NCBI RefSeq assembly: GCF_000260965.1
Contig: NC_017856.1
Location: 1,200,001-1,232,000 of the forward strand
Source: Methylophaga frappieri
GTDB lineage: Bacteria; Pseudomonadota; Gammaproteobacteria; Nitrosococcales; Methylophagaceae
Reading direction: 5' to 3'
Length of the DNA: 32,000 nt
Positions 8,983 to 18,697 of the stretch are shown here, piece by piece. Position 1 is the stretch's first letter. The number at the start of each line of letters is the position of its first letter. The notes under the pieces are model-generated. The model ran no database searches. It was not told the origin of the DNA and worked only from the letters and a program-made list of their open reading frames with translations. Position numbers and translations under genes: made by a program.

Positions 8983-9008
8983 CAATATTCATCAGGTTTC
9001 GATGCTCA

Positions 9009-10067
<1,059 letters not shown>

Positions 10068-10177
10068 TCAGGAAAGGCTAAAAACGCTACTTTAGCAATG
10101 GCTGGGGCTGTTGGGCAAGCGCGTAATCATTTAAACTTCACACTTTACATTCAAAAATTGCCAATCTGGGATGATTA

Positions 10178-10465
10178 ATGAGTTTAGAAAAGTCAGATAT
10201 TGAGAAAATTGCTCATTTGGCGCGACTTGCCATTGACGAAGAGCGTATCCCCGACTATGCCCGGGATTTGAATAATATTCTCAATCTTGTTGAGCAACTA
10301 AGTGCCGCCAATACCGAAGGTGTTGTGCCAATGGCGCACCCACTCGATGCCTATCAGCGTCTTCGTGAAGACACGGTCACCGAGGTCGATCAGCGTGACG
10401 TTTTCCAAGCGATTGCACCTAAAACCGAAGAAGGGGTTTATTTGGTCCCTAAAGTCATCGAGTAA
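10178..10465 (+). CDS. gatC: Asp/Glu-tRNA amidotransferase subunit C
   Basis: 95 aa. [15 protein letters not shown]...L..IL.LVEQL is typical of GatC. It lies divergent from mreB, as in Pseudomonas and many other proteobacteria. Confidence 0.95.
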   Translation: MSLEKSDIEKIAHLARLAIDEERIPDYARDLNNILNLVEQLSAANTEGVVPMAHPLDAYQRLREDTVTEVDQRDVFQAIAPKTEEGVYLVPKVIE

Positions 10466-10483
10466 ACAGGTAAAGTTTAAGTT

Positions 10484-11938
10484 ATGCATAATAAATCTTT
10501 AAAACAGCTTTCCGATGCCTTACAACAGGGCAAAATAAGCAGTGTAGAGCTGACACGTCACTTTCTGGATCGTATTCATCAACATAATCCAGATTTGAAC
10601 GCCTTCATTAGCGTGACTGATGAACTTGCTCTGACTCAGGCAAAAGCAGCGGATGAACGTTTGCAAGCAAAAACAGCAGGCCCGTTAACCGGTATTCCTC
10701 TCGCACACAAAGATATTTTCTGTACAAAGGGTGTCCGCACCAGTTGCGCCTCAAAAATGCTGGACAGTTTTATCGCACCATATAACGCTACTGTCGTCGA
10801 AAAACTCAATGACGCTGGCATGGTAACGTTAGGAAAGACAAACATGGACGAATTTGCCATGGGGTCTTCCAATGAAACCAGCTTTTACGGACCGGTTAAA
10901 AATCCTTGGGATACCGAGCGCGTACCGGGCGGTTCTTCTGGTGGTTCGGCTGCCGCGATGGCAGCACGACTCGCGCCGATTGCAACAGGGACGGATACGG
11001 GTGGCTCGATTCGCCAGCCATCCTCACTCTGTAACCTGACTGGCTTGAAACCGACTTATGGTCGGATTTCCAGATATGGCATGATTGCGTTTGCTTCCAG
11101 TCTCGATCAAGCGGGCCCGATGGCGAATAGTGCTGAGGATGCCGCTTGGCTAATGAACGCTATGTCTGGCTTTGATGAGCGTGACTCCACCAGCGTGGAT
11201 CGTGATGTTCCTGATTACACAGCAACATTGAATGATTCGCTCAACGGACTGACGATTGGCTTACCCAAAGAATATTTTGGGGCCGGTTTGGATCCGCAAG
11301 TTGCACAGACCGTCGAATCAGCCATCAAACATTATGAGTCGTTGGGGGCAACGCTTAAAGAAATTACCCTGCCTAATACGAGCTTGGCGATTCCAACCTA
11401 TTATGTCGTCGCACCGGCTGAATGTTCCTCAAATCTGTCGCGTATGGATGGTGTTCGTTTTGGTCATCGCGCCGAGGATCCCAAAGATCTCATGGATCTT
11501 TATACCCGTTCTCGCGGTGAGGGGTTTGGCGATGAAGTAAAACGTCGCATCATGATTGGCACGTATGCCCTATCCGCCGGATATTACGATGCCTATTACT
11601 TGAAGGCGCAGCAGTGCCGTCGACTGATTCGTGATGATTTTTTAAAAGCATTTGAAGACGTTGATGTCATCATGGGACCTACCGCGCCAAGCCCGGCATT
11701 TCGTTTCGGAGAAAAAACAGACGATCCGGTTGCCATGTACTTAGAAGATCTTTTTACCATTAATACTAATCTGGCTGGCTTACCTGGTGTCTCTATCCCT
11801 GCCGGGTTTGTGAATGATTTGCCTGTGGGTTTACAGATTATTGGTAACTATTTTGACGAAGCCCGCTTACTCAATGTGGCGCATCGTTATCAGCAAGAAA
11901 CAGATTGGCATCAACGGACACCAAAAGCGTATTTATAA
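10484..11938 (+). CDS. gatA: Asp/Glu-tRNA amidotransferase subunit A (amidase signature family)
   Basis: 484 aa with the amidase signature [31 protein letters not shown] and KDIFCTKG. Starts 18 nt after gatC. Confidence 0.97.
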   Translation: MHNKSLKQLSDALQQGKISSVELTRHFLDRIHQHNPDLNAFISVTDELALTQAKAADERLQAKTAGPLTGIPLAHKDIFCTKGVRTSCASKMLDSFIAPYNATVVEKLNDAGMVTLGKTNMDEFAMGSSNETSFYGPVKNPWDTERVPGGSSGGSAAAMAARLAPIATGTDTGGSIRQPSSLCNLTGLKPTYGRISRYGMIAFASSLDQAGPMANSAEDAAWLMNAMSGFDERDSTSVDRDVPDYTATLNDSLNGLTIGLPKEYFGAGLDPQVAQTVESAIKHYESLGATLKEITLPNTSLAIPTYYVVAPAECSSNLSRMDGVRFGHRAEDPKDLMDLYTRSRGEGFGDEVKRRIMIGTYALSAGYYDAYYLKAQQCRRLIRDDFLKAFEDVDVIMGPTAPSPAFRFGEKTDDPVAMYLEDLFTINTNLAGLPGVSIPAGFVNDLPVGLQIIGNYFDEARLLNVAHRYQQETDWHQRTPKAYL

Positions 11939-12003
11939 GCGGCCTGATTCGTTAGAACGCTAATTGACCTCATTGGTGAAAACTTCCCCAATCAGGATGC
12001 TAC

Positions 12004-12036
12004 GCGGGTGCTTACCATTGCATTGGAAGCACCCGC
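12004..12036. terminator. Perfect 10-bp GC-rich hairpin between the convergent gatA and hydrolase pseudogene
   Basis: GCGGGTGCTT (12004-12013) and AAGCACCCGC (12027-12036) with a 13-nt loop. There is no flanking T-run on either strand, so it may be a REP-like or stability element rather than a canonical intrinsic terminator. Confidence 0.3.
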
Positions 12037-12059
12037 ATAGTCAAAAGCTTTGCTTGAGG

Positions 12060-12790
12060 TTAGTTTTCAAGTAACTGCTTGATTAAAAAAGCGTGAATTG
12101 CCTCAACCATCACATCCAGTCCCGCTTTCTCCAATGGGTAGTGACCTGCTTGCGGCAGGATGACTTTGTCCACCGGCACGTTGCTGATCTTGCTCAGGAA
12201 CAGCTCGCTCAAGTGTAATGGGGTCCACCTGTCTTCGCCGGGCTGGGTCAGTAAGATAGGACAAACAGTAAAGCGCTGCGGCTCGATGTCAGGCTGGTAT
12301 TGCATATAGGAAGTGAGAAATGCCATCGTCGCCCAGTTTCCCGCTGATGATCGGTCTTTCATACAGACTTTCTGCGCCGCCTTGTTATTGACCAGGGTAT
12401 GCATCTTACCGGCCAGACACATGGGGATTTTCATGTTCGCCAATGATGTTTTAGCTGTGAAATTGGTTATCGGCCCCCAATTCTGCTCATAAACAGGTTC
12501 AACATCGTTTCATCCTGAACCTGCTGTTCCCTTTGATCCAAGAAAGTCATGCCGATAATGCCTTTGACCTTTTTATTTTTGGCCGCGACATGGTAAGTCA
12601 GCATGCCGCCAGCACTCAGGCCGTAAAGGAATACAGGGCGATCATCTTTCGCCAGCTCCAGATCAATCAGATCACTGCCGGCCTGCATCCAGTCATCGTA
12701 TCTGACGGTTTTTCCCTCGGCGTCTTTGGTCACAGCATAGGTTGGCATATCAACGACAATCGTTTCAAAACCTCGCTTTGCCTGCTTCCG
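12060..12790 (-). pseudogene. Decayed alpha/beta-hydrolase (lysophospholipase/monoacylglycerol-lipase-like)
   Basis: Two track ORFs (12467-12748 and 12060-12443) are consecutive parts of one hydrolase. The upstream part has the nucleophile elbow GLSAGG. The downstream part has the C-terminal ...LPQAGHYPLE (catalytic His region). The frame switches in a G5 run (plus-strand C5 at 12474-12478); adding one G would read ...FMSRIGGPITNFTAK.... Upstream of Met12748 the same frame continues as QAKRGFETIVVD and then hits TAG at 12793-12791. No single frame is open from a start codon across 12791-12953, so the N-terminal ~50-60 residues (oxyanion-hole strand) are missing or scrambled. Possible remnants extend to about 12953. 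Confidence 0.6.
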
Positions 12791-13027
12791 CTATGGCTAC
12801 TGGTATGAAGATGCCATTACTGATGCTGTGCTGTGTGAAGCGAGCGCGGCAATTATTGGTTATTTGTCTCGTTTCATTACTGAAATATAATGTGGTGATG
12901 AATTAGAGCCCTGTGTTATTTCGAGGAAAGTACGAGTAGCAAATGATTTTCAAAAACCTTTCAGGGTTGCATTTCGTGATCTGCTATCTTTAAGGTTAAT
13001 CGCCACGATGGCCAAGGACATGAGTGA

Positions 13028-14659
13028 ATGAAAGCTGCAACATTGTTTGTCAAAGCATTAGAAAATGAAGGTGTCGATTTTCTGTTTGGTATCCCGGGCG
13101 AAGAGAATCTAGATATCATGGATGCTCTTTTGGATTCGCCAATTCAATTCATTACCGCCCGCCACGAGCAAGGTGCTGCTTTCATGGCCGATGTATACGG
13201 CCGGTTAACTGGCCGGGCAGGTGTATGTATTGCCACGCTCGGTCCTGGAGCAACAAACCTTATCACTGGTGTTGCTGATGCCAATATGGATCATGCTCCG
13301 GTAGTTGCAATAGCCGGACAAGCCTCGACCCGCAGATTACATAAAGAGTCTCATCAGGTGCTGGACTTAGAGGCCATGTTTTTGCCGATAACAAAGTATT
13401 CCACCCGCATTGTCAGTCCCGAAGTGATCCCGGAAATCATTCGTAAGGCATTTAAAGTCGCGCAAACGGAAAAAAGTGGCGCTTGTTTTATTGAATTTCC
13501 TGAAAATATAGCAGAAATGGAAACCCATGATTTGCCTTTACGGGTAAAACATGCCACGCCACCCGAGCCGGCAGCAGAACAAATTGAGCGGGCAGCTGAG
13601 ATCATTTCAAATGCAAAAAACCCCATCATTCTAGCTGGTAACGGCGTGATCCGATCAGGTGCCGCCGAGGCATTGGCGGTATTTGCAGAAAAACTGAATA
13701 TTCCTGTCGCCAATACCTTTATGGCCAAAGGGGTCATCCCCTTTCGTCATCCAATGTCTTTGGGCAGCGTTGGCTTACAGTCCAATGATTATGTGAATAC
13801 AGGCTTTGCCAGTGCCGATGTCATTATCTGTGTGGGTTATGACATGGTTGAATACCACCCCTATCTTTGGCATCCCACTCGGGATAGAACCCTGATTCAC
13901 ATTGATACTACCCATGCTGAGGTCGATGCTTACTATAGCGTTGTTGTTGCCGCAGTTGGCAATATCAAACACAGTCTCAACCGGCTGGCGGCAATCACTA
14001 CACCGCATACCGGAAAAGCCATGCGAACGCTGCGTAATAGCTTGATTAAAGAAATGAATTTGCACTGCGAAGATAATGAATTTCCAGTTAAGCCGCAGAA
14101 AATCATCTGGGATCTGCGTACCGCAATGGCTTTGAAAGACATTGTTATTTGTGATGTCGGCGCGCATAAAATGTGGATGTCGCGTATGTTCCGCTGCGAA
14201 TATCCGAATACCTGCATCATCTCCAATGGTTTTGCCAGTATGGGGATTGCCGTGCCGGGGGCAATTGCCGCCAAACTGGCTTACCCCCACCGGCAGGTTG
14301 TCGCCGTTACGGGTGATGCCGGGTTTATGATGAATTCGCAGGAAATCGAGACAGCTATGCGGCTTAACGTCGCCATCGTCATATTGATATGGAATGATGC
14401 CAGTTATGGCCTGATCGAATGGAAGCAGCAAAACCAGTTTGGTCGCACCAGTCATGTGCAATTTACCAATCCTGATTTTGTAAAATATGCGCAATCTTTT
14501 GGTGCGGTTGGTGTCAGAATTGAGCAAACAGCAGATTTAATGCCAGCGCTCAAAGCCGCATTACAAAGAGAAACCGTTACCGTGATTGATTGTCCGGTAG
14601 ATTATCGGGAAAATCTTAAACTGACCGAACAATTAGGCCAACTTACCAACCCCAGTTAA
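13028..14659 (+). CDS. Thiamine-diphosphate enzyme of the catabolic acetolactate synthase (AlsS) type
   Basis: 543 aa, colinear with B. subtilis AlsS as I recall it: FGIPGEENLDIMDAL, ARHEQGAAFMADVYGRLTGRAGVCIATLGPGATNLITG, HQVLD...F.PITKYS, ISNGFASMGIAVPGAIAAKL, and the ThDP motif GDAGFMMNSQEIETAMRL...IVILIWND. An in-frame TGA immediately upstream fixes the start at or after 13028. No small regulatory subunit and no alsD nearby. Confidence 0.85.
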   Translation: MKAATLFVKALENEGVDFLFGIPGEENLDIMDALLDSPIQFITARHEQGAAFMADVYGRLTGRAGVCIATLGPGATNLITGVADANMDHAPVVAIAGQASTRRLHKESHQVLDLEAMFLPITKYSTRIVSPEVIPEIIRKAFKVAQTEKSGACFIEFPENIAEMETHDLPLRVKHATPPEPAAEQIERAAEIISNAKNPIILAGNGVIRSGAAEALAVFAEKLNIPVANTFMAKGVIPFRHPMSLGSVGLQSNDYVNTGFASADVIICVGYDMVEYHPYLWHPTRDRTLIHIDTTHAEVDAYYSVVVAAVGNIKHSLNRLAAITTPHTGKAMRTLRNSLIKEMNLHCEDNEFPVKPQKIIWDLRTAMALKDIVICDVGAHKMWMSRMFRCEYPNTCIISNGFASMGIAVPGAIAAKLAYPHRQVVAVTGDAGFMMNSQEIETAMRLNVAIVILIWNDASYGLIEWKQQNQFGRTSHVQFTNPDFVKYAQSFGAVGVRIEQTADLMPALKAALQRETVTVIDCPVDYRENLKLTEQLGQLTNPS

Positions 14660-14662
14660 GTC

Positions 14663-15160
14663 ATGAAAAAAATAATTCAATTTGTATTGCCCATTTTAGT
14701 CCTGAGTGTCGGTGCGATTTTTTGGTTTAACCAACATGCTGCGCAGCCAATTGAAGACCATGCTTTCCAAACTATTGATGGGCAAAGCATGAAAATCAGC
14801 GATTACGCTGGCAAACCCCTATTAGTCATTTTCTGGGCGACAGACTGTCCTGGTTGTATCGCGGAAATGCCAGCTTTGATTGCGTTGCATGAACAGTATG
14901 ACGAACTGGGTATGCTGGGTATTGCCTTGCCACACGATACGCCCGCACAAATCAAGGCAATGCGTGCCGCCAAGTCTTTGCCTTACACTCTGACCTGGGA
15001 TGCGGACAACTCGCTGTCAGCCGTTTTTGGTCAGGTCCGGGTGACACCAACGCATTTCCTGCTGGATGAGCAGGGACAGATTGTTATGCGCAAAATTGGC
15101 GAACTGGATTTTGCCCTTTTACAGCAAAGACTTGAAGAGATGGGACTCAGTCCAGCTTAA
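14663..15160 (+). CDS. TlpA/ResA-like membrane-anchored periplasmic thiol:disulfide oxidoreductase
   Basis: N-terminal TM anchor, thioredoxin fold with WATDCPGC (CxxC) and a cis-Pro region VRVTPTHFLLD. The start is 3 nt after the AlsS-like stop, so co-transcription is likely. Confidence 0.85.
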   Translation: MKKIIQFVLPILVLSVGAIFWFNQHAAQPIEDHAFQTIDGQSMKISDYAGKPLLVIFWATDCPGCIAEMPALIALHEQYDELGMLGIALPHDTPAQIKAMRAAKSLPYTLTWDADNSLSAVFGQVRVTPTHFLLDEQGQIVMRKIGELDFALLQQRLEEMGLSPA

Positions 15161-15275
15161 ACAACAGATAACTATCACTTTACAAATAAATATGGTATAA
15201 AGTCTGGCTTTATAGATTTAGCAGGCGGCGTTATGCGGCGTTGTCTGGGGTAATATTTTCAGGAGCAGGTTTCAC

Positions 15276-15512
15276 ATGTCCAGAGTATGTCAGGTGACGG
15301 GCAAACGTCCTATGAGTGGTAACAACGTTTCGCACGCCAACAACAAAACAAAACGTCGTTTTCTTCCTAATCTTCACTCTCACCGGATTTGGGTTGAGTC
15401 TGAAAACCGCTGGGTAAAACTGCGCGTCAGTAATCATGGCCTGCGTATTATTGATAAACGTGGCATTGACAGCGTACTGGCTGATCTGCGTGCCCGCGGT
15501 GAAAAAATCTAA
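15276..15512 (+). CDS. rpmB: 50S ribosomal protein L28
   Basis: [61 protein letters not shown] is the canonical L28 sequence. AGGAG lies upstream. Confidence 0.97.
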   Translation: MSRVCQVTGKRPMSGNNVSHANNKTKRRFLPNLHSHRIWVESENRWVKLRVSNHGLRIIDKRGIDSVLADLRARGEKI

Positions 15513-15525
15513 GGAGACTTGAGTC

Positions 15526-15681
15526 ATGCGCGATAAAATCAGATTAGTGTCATCAGCGGGAACTGGCCACTTTTACACCACTGATAAAAACAAACGTAAC
15601 ATGCCAGAAAAAATGGAAATCAAAAAATTTGATCCTGTTGTTCGTAAGCATGTCATGTACAAAGAAGCAAAAATCAAATAA
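15526..15681 (+). CDS. rpmG: 50S ribosomal protein L33
   Basis: Too short for the ORF track. My translation is [51 protein letters not shown] (51 aa), the canonical L33. AAGGAG lies 8 nt upstream, and the gene starts 13 nt after rpmB. Confidence 0.95.
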   Translation: MRDKIRLVSSAGTGHFYTTDKNKRNMPEKMEIKKFDPVVRKHVMYKEAKIK

Positions 15682-15700
15682 TTGTGATTGCTTCTCCCTT

Positions 15701-15727
15701 AAAAAACCCGCTCAGGCGGGTTTTTTT
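15701..15727 (+). terminator. Rho-independent terminator after rpmBG
   Basis: AAAAAACCCGC-TCAG-GCGGGTTTTTTT: GC stem, 4-nt loop and a T7 run, about 20 nt after the rpmG stop. Confidence 0.85.
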
Positions 15728-15787
15728 GTACCTGAATTCACATTATCATGAAGTTCAATCTGACTTCCTAAGAACGCACTCACTGAT

Positions 15788-16999
15788 ATGGATATCCCTT
15801 CGATAATTTTGGCGAGGCAACCCATTTTTGATCGCCACCAAAAGGTTTTCGAATACGAATTATTGTTTCGCGATAATATCAGCGATGTTTCTGCCAACAT
15901 TGCGCCAGAAGATGGTGATATTGCGACCACGCGCGTTATTAATCACACGTTTCTTGAATTAGGCGTAGAACGGGTTATTGGCGATAATATTGCCTTTGTC
16001 AATTTGACTCGCAGTTTTATTCTGAGTGATGATCCGCTCCCCTTTGCCCAGGATCGGGTCGTTTTAGAAATCTTGGAAGACATCGTTATTGACGCCGAAT
16101 TGTTAGCCGGCGTTCAAAAACTGATTGATCAAGGCTATACCATTGCATTGGATGATTTCGTGTTTCATGAATCGCTTCGTCCATTGCTGGGCCTCGCAAA
16201 AATCGTCAAGGTCGATATTCTGGCTTTATCTGATGCTGATCTGGCCTCACATGTCACTTTGCTAAGCCAATATCCAGTCACACTGTTAGCAGAAAAAGTG
16301 GAAACGAGAAGCCAGTTTGTACGCTGCATGGCACTTGGCTTTGAATATTTTCAAGGCTACTTTTTTTGTCGGCCAGATATCATTACTGACAAACCCATTC
16401 CAGATAACAAGCTCAAATTACTTGCCCTCATTGAAAAACTGCAAAACCCGGATGTCCAGTTTGATGATATCGAAGCGATTATTTCACAAGATCCGATGTT
16501 GTCATACAAACTTCTGCGACTTTTGAATTCAGCCGCCATTGGCATTGGCAGAAGCATTGATTCATTGCATCGTGGTTTGATCATACTGGGATTAAAAGCG
16601 ATCAAAACATGGGCAACGCTTATTATGGTGGCCGAGATGCACGCTTTGCCGGCCGAGTTATTTAATAATGCACTGATTCGGGCAAAAATGTGTGAGAACC
16701 TCGCCCAATATTATGACTGCGCTGCTGACAGTGGCTTTTTAGTTGGCTTGTTTTCCTTAATTGATGCCATGCTGGATAAGCCCATGCATGCCGTAATAGA
16801 TACCTTACCGTTCAGCATGGAGATACGAAACGCATTACTTGAACGAGAGGGCAGGCTCGGTAAGCTGCTCAATGACGTACGAGATTATGAACAAGGGCAC
16901 TGGGCAGAACTTGAACAGCGCCATGATGATTTTGCCCAACTTGGTCAAGCCTACATTGAAGCCACCGAGTGGACCATAAACGCCAAACTCGTTATTTGA
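15788..16999 (+). CDS. EAL-HDOD two-domain protein (c-di-GMP phosphodiesterase-like, YuxH/COG3434 type)
   Basis: N-terminal EAL-like domain: ARQPIFD...YELLFR, VNLT, LEILE, ALDDF, KVDI, AEKVET, FQGYFF. The C-terminal half (MLSYKLLRLLNSAA...SL..GL.ILG...) is HDOD-like. No GGDEF domain, no TM segment and no receiver domain. Confidence 0.85.
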   Translation: MDIPSIILARQPIFDRHQKVFEYELLFRDNISDVSANIAPEDGDIATTRVINHTFLELGVERVIGDNIAFVNLTRSFILSDDPLPFAQDRVVLEILEDIVIDAELLAGVQKLIDQGYTIALDDFVFHESLRPLLGLAKIVKVDILALSDADLASHVTLLSQYPVTLLAEKVETRSQFVRCMALGFEYFQGYFFCRPDIITDKPIPDNKLKLLALIEKLQNPDVQFDDIEAIISQDPMLSYKLLRLLNSAAIGIGRSIDSLHRGLIILGLKAIKTWATLIMVAEMHALPAELFNNALIRAKMCENLAQYYDCAADSGFLVGLFSLIDAMLDKPMHAVIDTLPFSMEIRNALLEREGRLGKLLNDVRDYEQGHWAELEQRHDDFAQLGQAYIEATEWTINAKLVI

Positions 17000-17000
17000 C

Positions 17001-17948
17001 ATGTCTGAAGCACGGTGCTTACTTAAAACTGAAAAACTGACCCGCCAGTTTTCAGGCAAATTAGCCGTTAATGCGCTTAGTTTTGAAGTCTATCAGGGTG
17101 AAGTGCTGGGTTTTCTGGGCCCTAATGGCGCGGGCAAATCGACCACTATGAATATGCTGACAGGAAACCTGTCACCAGATAGCGGAATGGTCGAAATAAA
17201 TGGGATTGATTTATTCGACCAGCCAGAGTCAGCTAAGCAACACCTTGGCTATTTGCCCGAAAATCCACCACTTTATCGAGAATTAACTGTCCGCGAATTT
17301 CTACAGTTTTGCGGCCAAATTCATGGTGTCAATCGCAAACACCTAACCACCCGAATCGATGACACACTGGAACAATGCGGACTGGCAACCGTGTCGAACC
17401 GACTTATTGGCCAGCTATCAAAGGGGTATCAACAACGTACTGGTATTGCGCAGGCCATACTGCATCAACCGGCCGTGGTTATTCTCGATGAACCTACTTC
17501 CGGGTTGGATCCAATTCAAATTCAACAAATTCGTCAGTTGATCCGCCACATTGCTGACCAGCATAGTGTGATTGTCTCAACGCATATCTTACAAGAAGTT
17601 GAGATGCTATGTGATCGTGTCCAAATTATGCGTCAAGGTAAGCTGGTATTTAGTGACAGTCTTGTTAACCTTCAGTCACTTCGTCAGCAAGGCGCCATCA
17701 AAGTCCGTTTTCACTCTCCGCCTGACACAATGACTTTAGCCAATCTTGCTGGTGTGACGGCAGTCGAAAACTTGGGAGAAGGCTATTTCCGTCTTCAATT
17801 TCTTCCTGATCACAATCCCACCGACAAACTTGTTCGTCAATCTGTCTCCGAAGACTGGCGCTTGATGCAGCTCATACCAGAACTAGATAGCCTTGAACAG
17901 TTATTTACCCAACTGGTGAATCAAGAAACTAATGGAGATGACAGCTAA
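17001..17948 (+). CDS. ABC transporter ATP-binding protein (ABC-2/GldA-like)
   Basis: Walker A GPNGAGKST, Q-loop, signature LSKGYQQR, Walker B VVILDEPTSGLD and the H-loop STH. The start is 1 nt after the EAL-HDOD stop. Confidence 0.9.
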   Translation: MSEARCLLKTEKLTRQFSGKLAVNALSFEVYQGEVLGFLGPNGAGKSTTMNMLTGNLSPDSGMVEINGIDLFDQPESAKQHLGYLPENPPLYRELTVREFLQFCGQIHGVNRKHLTTRIDDTLEQCGLATVSNRLIGQLSKGYQQRTGIAQAILHQPAVVILDEPTSGLDPIQIQQIRQLIRHIADQHSVIVSTHILQEVEMLCDRVQIMRQGKLVFSDSLVNLQSLRQQGAIKVRFHSPPDTMTLANLAGVTAVENLGEGYFRLQFLPDHNPTDKLVRQSVSEDWRLMQLIPELDSLEQLFTQLVNQETNGDDS

Positions 17949-18697
17949 TGTGGCTTATTGCAAAGATGGAGTTTTATCGATTATTTATCACTCCGGTTGC
18001 CTGGGTTGTTATGGCAATTGTGCAATTACTGCTTGCCTATCTGTTTCTAAGTCAGGTTGAGTATTTTAGCCAAATACAAGGACAAATGGCCGCAATCCCC
18101 GGTGCACCTGGTGTAACAGAAATGGTGGTCGCGCCTTTTTTGAGCAATCTTGCTGTGGTGCTCTTGTTAGTCAGTCCGTTTATCACCATGCGAAGTTTTG
18201 CCGAAGAGAGACGTCATGCTACCCTGCCTCTGCTCATTACCGCGCCGCTTTCCGGCTGGCAAATTGTATTAGGCAAGTTTCTTGGTCACTATGCTTTTTT
18301 TGCGTTATTAACGGGTGTGACCATTTTGATGCCCTTGGCACTGTTATTAGGAAGCCCAATTGATTTAGGACAACTGGCAGCAGGTGTCATGGGGCTATTT
18401 CTTTATTTTGGTCTTATCGTTGCCATCGGTATTGTGATGTCATCTGTCAGTGCGCAACCTGCGCTGGCAGCGATTGGCACATTTGGCGTGCTTTTTTTAT
18501 TGTGGATAATTGATTGGGTCGGAACAACAAGCCAAGGTGATGTAACGTTATTCAGCTGGCTAGCGATTCTCGGCCATCTGGAGCCGATGCTGGCCGGTGA
18601 AATTCGTACTGCCGATATCGCTTATTATGTGATCTTGACCGTGTCATTGTTGCTCATTACCATTCGCCGACTTGATGCCTTAAGGCGAAGTAAATGA
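17948..18697 (+). CDS. ABC-2 family permease (GldF-like)
   Basis: 249 aa with about 6 predicted hydrophobic spans. The start overlaps the ATPase stop (TAATG). It sits between the ATPase and the GldG-like gene. Confidence 0.8.
   Translation: MWLIAKMEFYRLFITPVAWVVMAIVQLLLAYLFLSQVEYFSQIQGQMAAIPGAPGVTEMVVAPFLSNLAVVLLLVSPFITMRSFAEERRHATLPLLITAPLSGWQIVLGKFLGHYAFFALLTGVTILMPLALLLGSPIDLGQLAAGVMGLFLYFGLIVAIGIVMSSVSAQPALAAIGTFGVLFLLWIIDWVGTTSQGDVTLFSWLAILGHLEPMLAGEIRTADIAYYVILTVSLLLITIRRLDALRRSK

Noticed and set aside
11947-12057. A 37-codon open frame right after gatA (FVRTLIDLIGENFPNQDAYAGAYHC...), considered as a possible gatB or other gene remnant.
   Set aside because: No start codon, no resemblance to the GatB N-terminus (..W..VIGLE.H.QL), and it runs through the 10-bp hairpin. 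Most likely non-coding.
12770-12890. A plus-strand reading ...FACFRYGYWYEDAITDAVLCEASAAIIGYLSRFITEI* that looks like the C-terminus of a real protein.
   Set aside because: It has no start codon (bounded upstream by TAG after about 45 codons). It also overlaps the region where the minus strand carries plausible N-terminal remnants of the hydrolase pseudogene. I cannot tell by eye which strand was ancestral, and it is too short to call.
13008-13031. A 7-codon mini-ORF (MAKDMSE*) whose stop overlaps the AlsS-like ATG (ATGA), considered as a possible regulatory uORF.
   Set aside because: It is very short and has no SD of its own. The AAGGA it contains is more simply the SD of the AlsS-like gene. 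There is no evidence beyond the overlap.
13775-14527. A 250-aa ORF antisense to the AlsS-like gene, unusually long for a shadow ORF.
   Set aside because: It is in exact codon register with the sense gene, so its stops would correspond to sense TTA, CTA or TCA codons. That stretch of the sense gene happens to use TTG/CTG/CTC for Leu. The translated sequence has no recognisable motifs, no SD and an odd composition (rich in H, N, I, G). The sense frame is the one with strong homology.
15196-15214. An AT-rich inverted repeat TATAAAG-N5-CTTTATA between the TlpA-like gene and rpmB, overlapping a TGnTATAAA extended -10-like motif.
   Set aside because: The stem is all A/T (weak) and has no T-run, so it is not a convincing terminator. 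The promoter reading lacks a -35. Either call would be guesswork.
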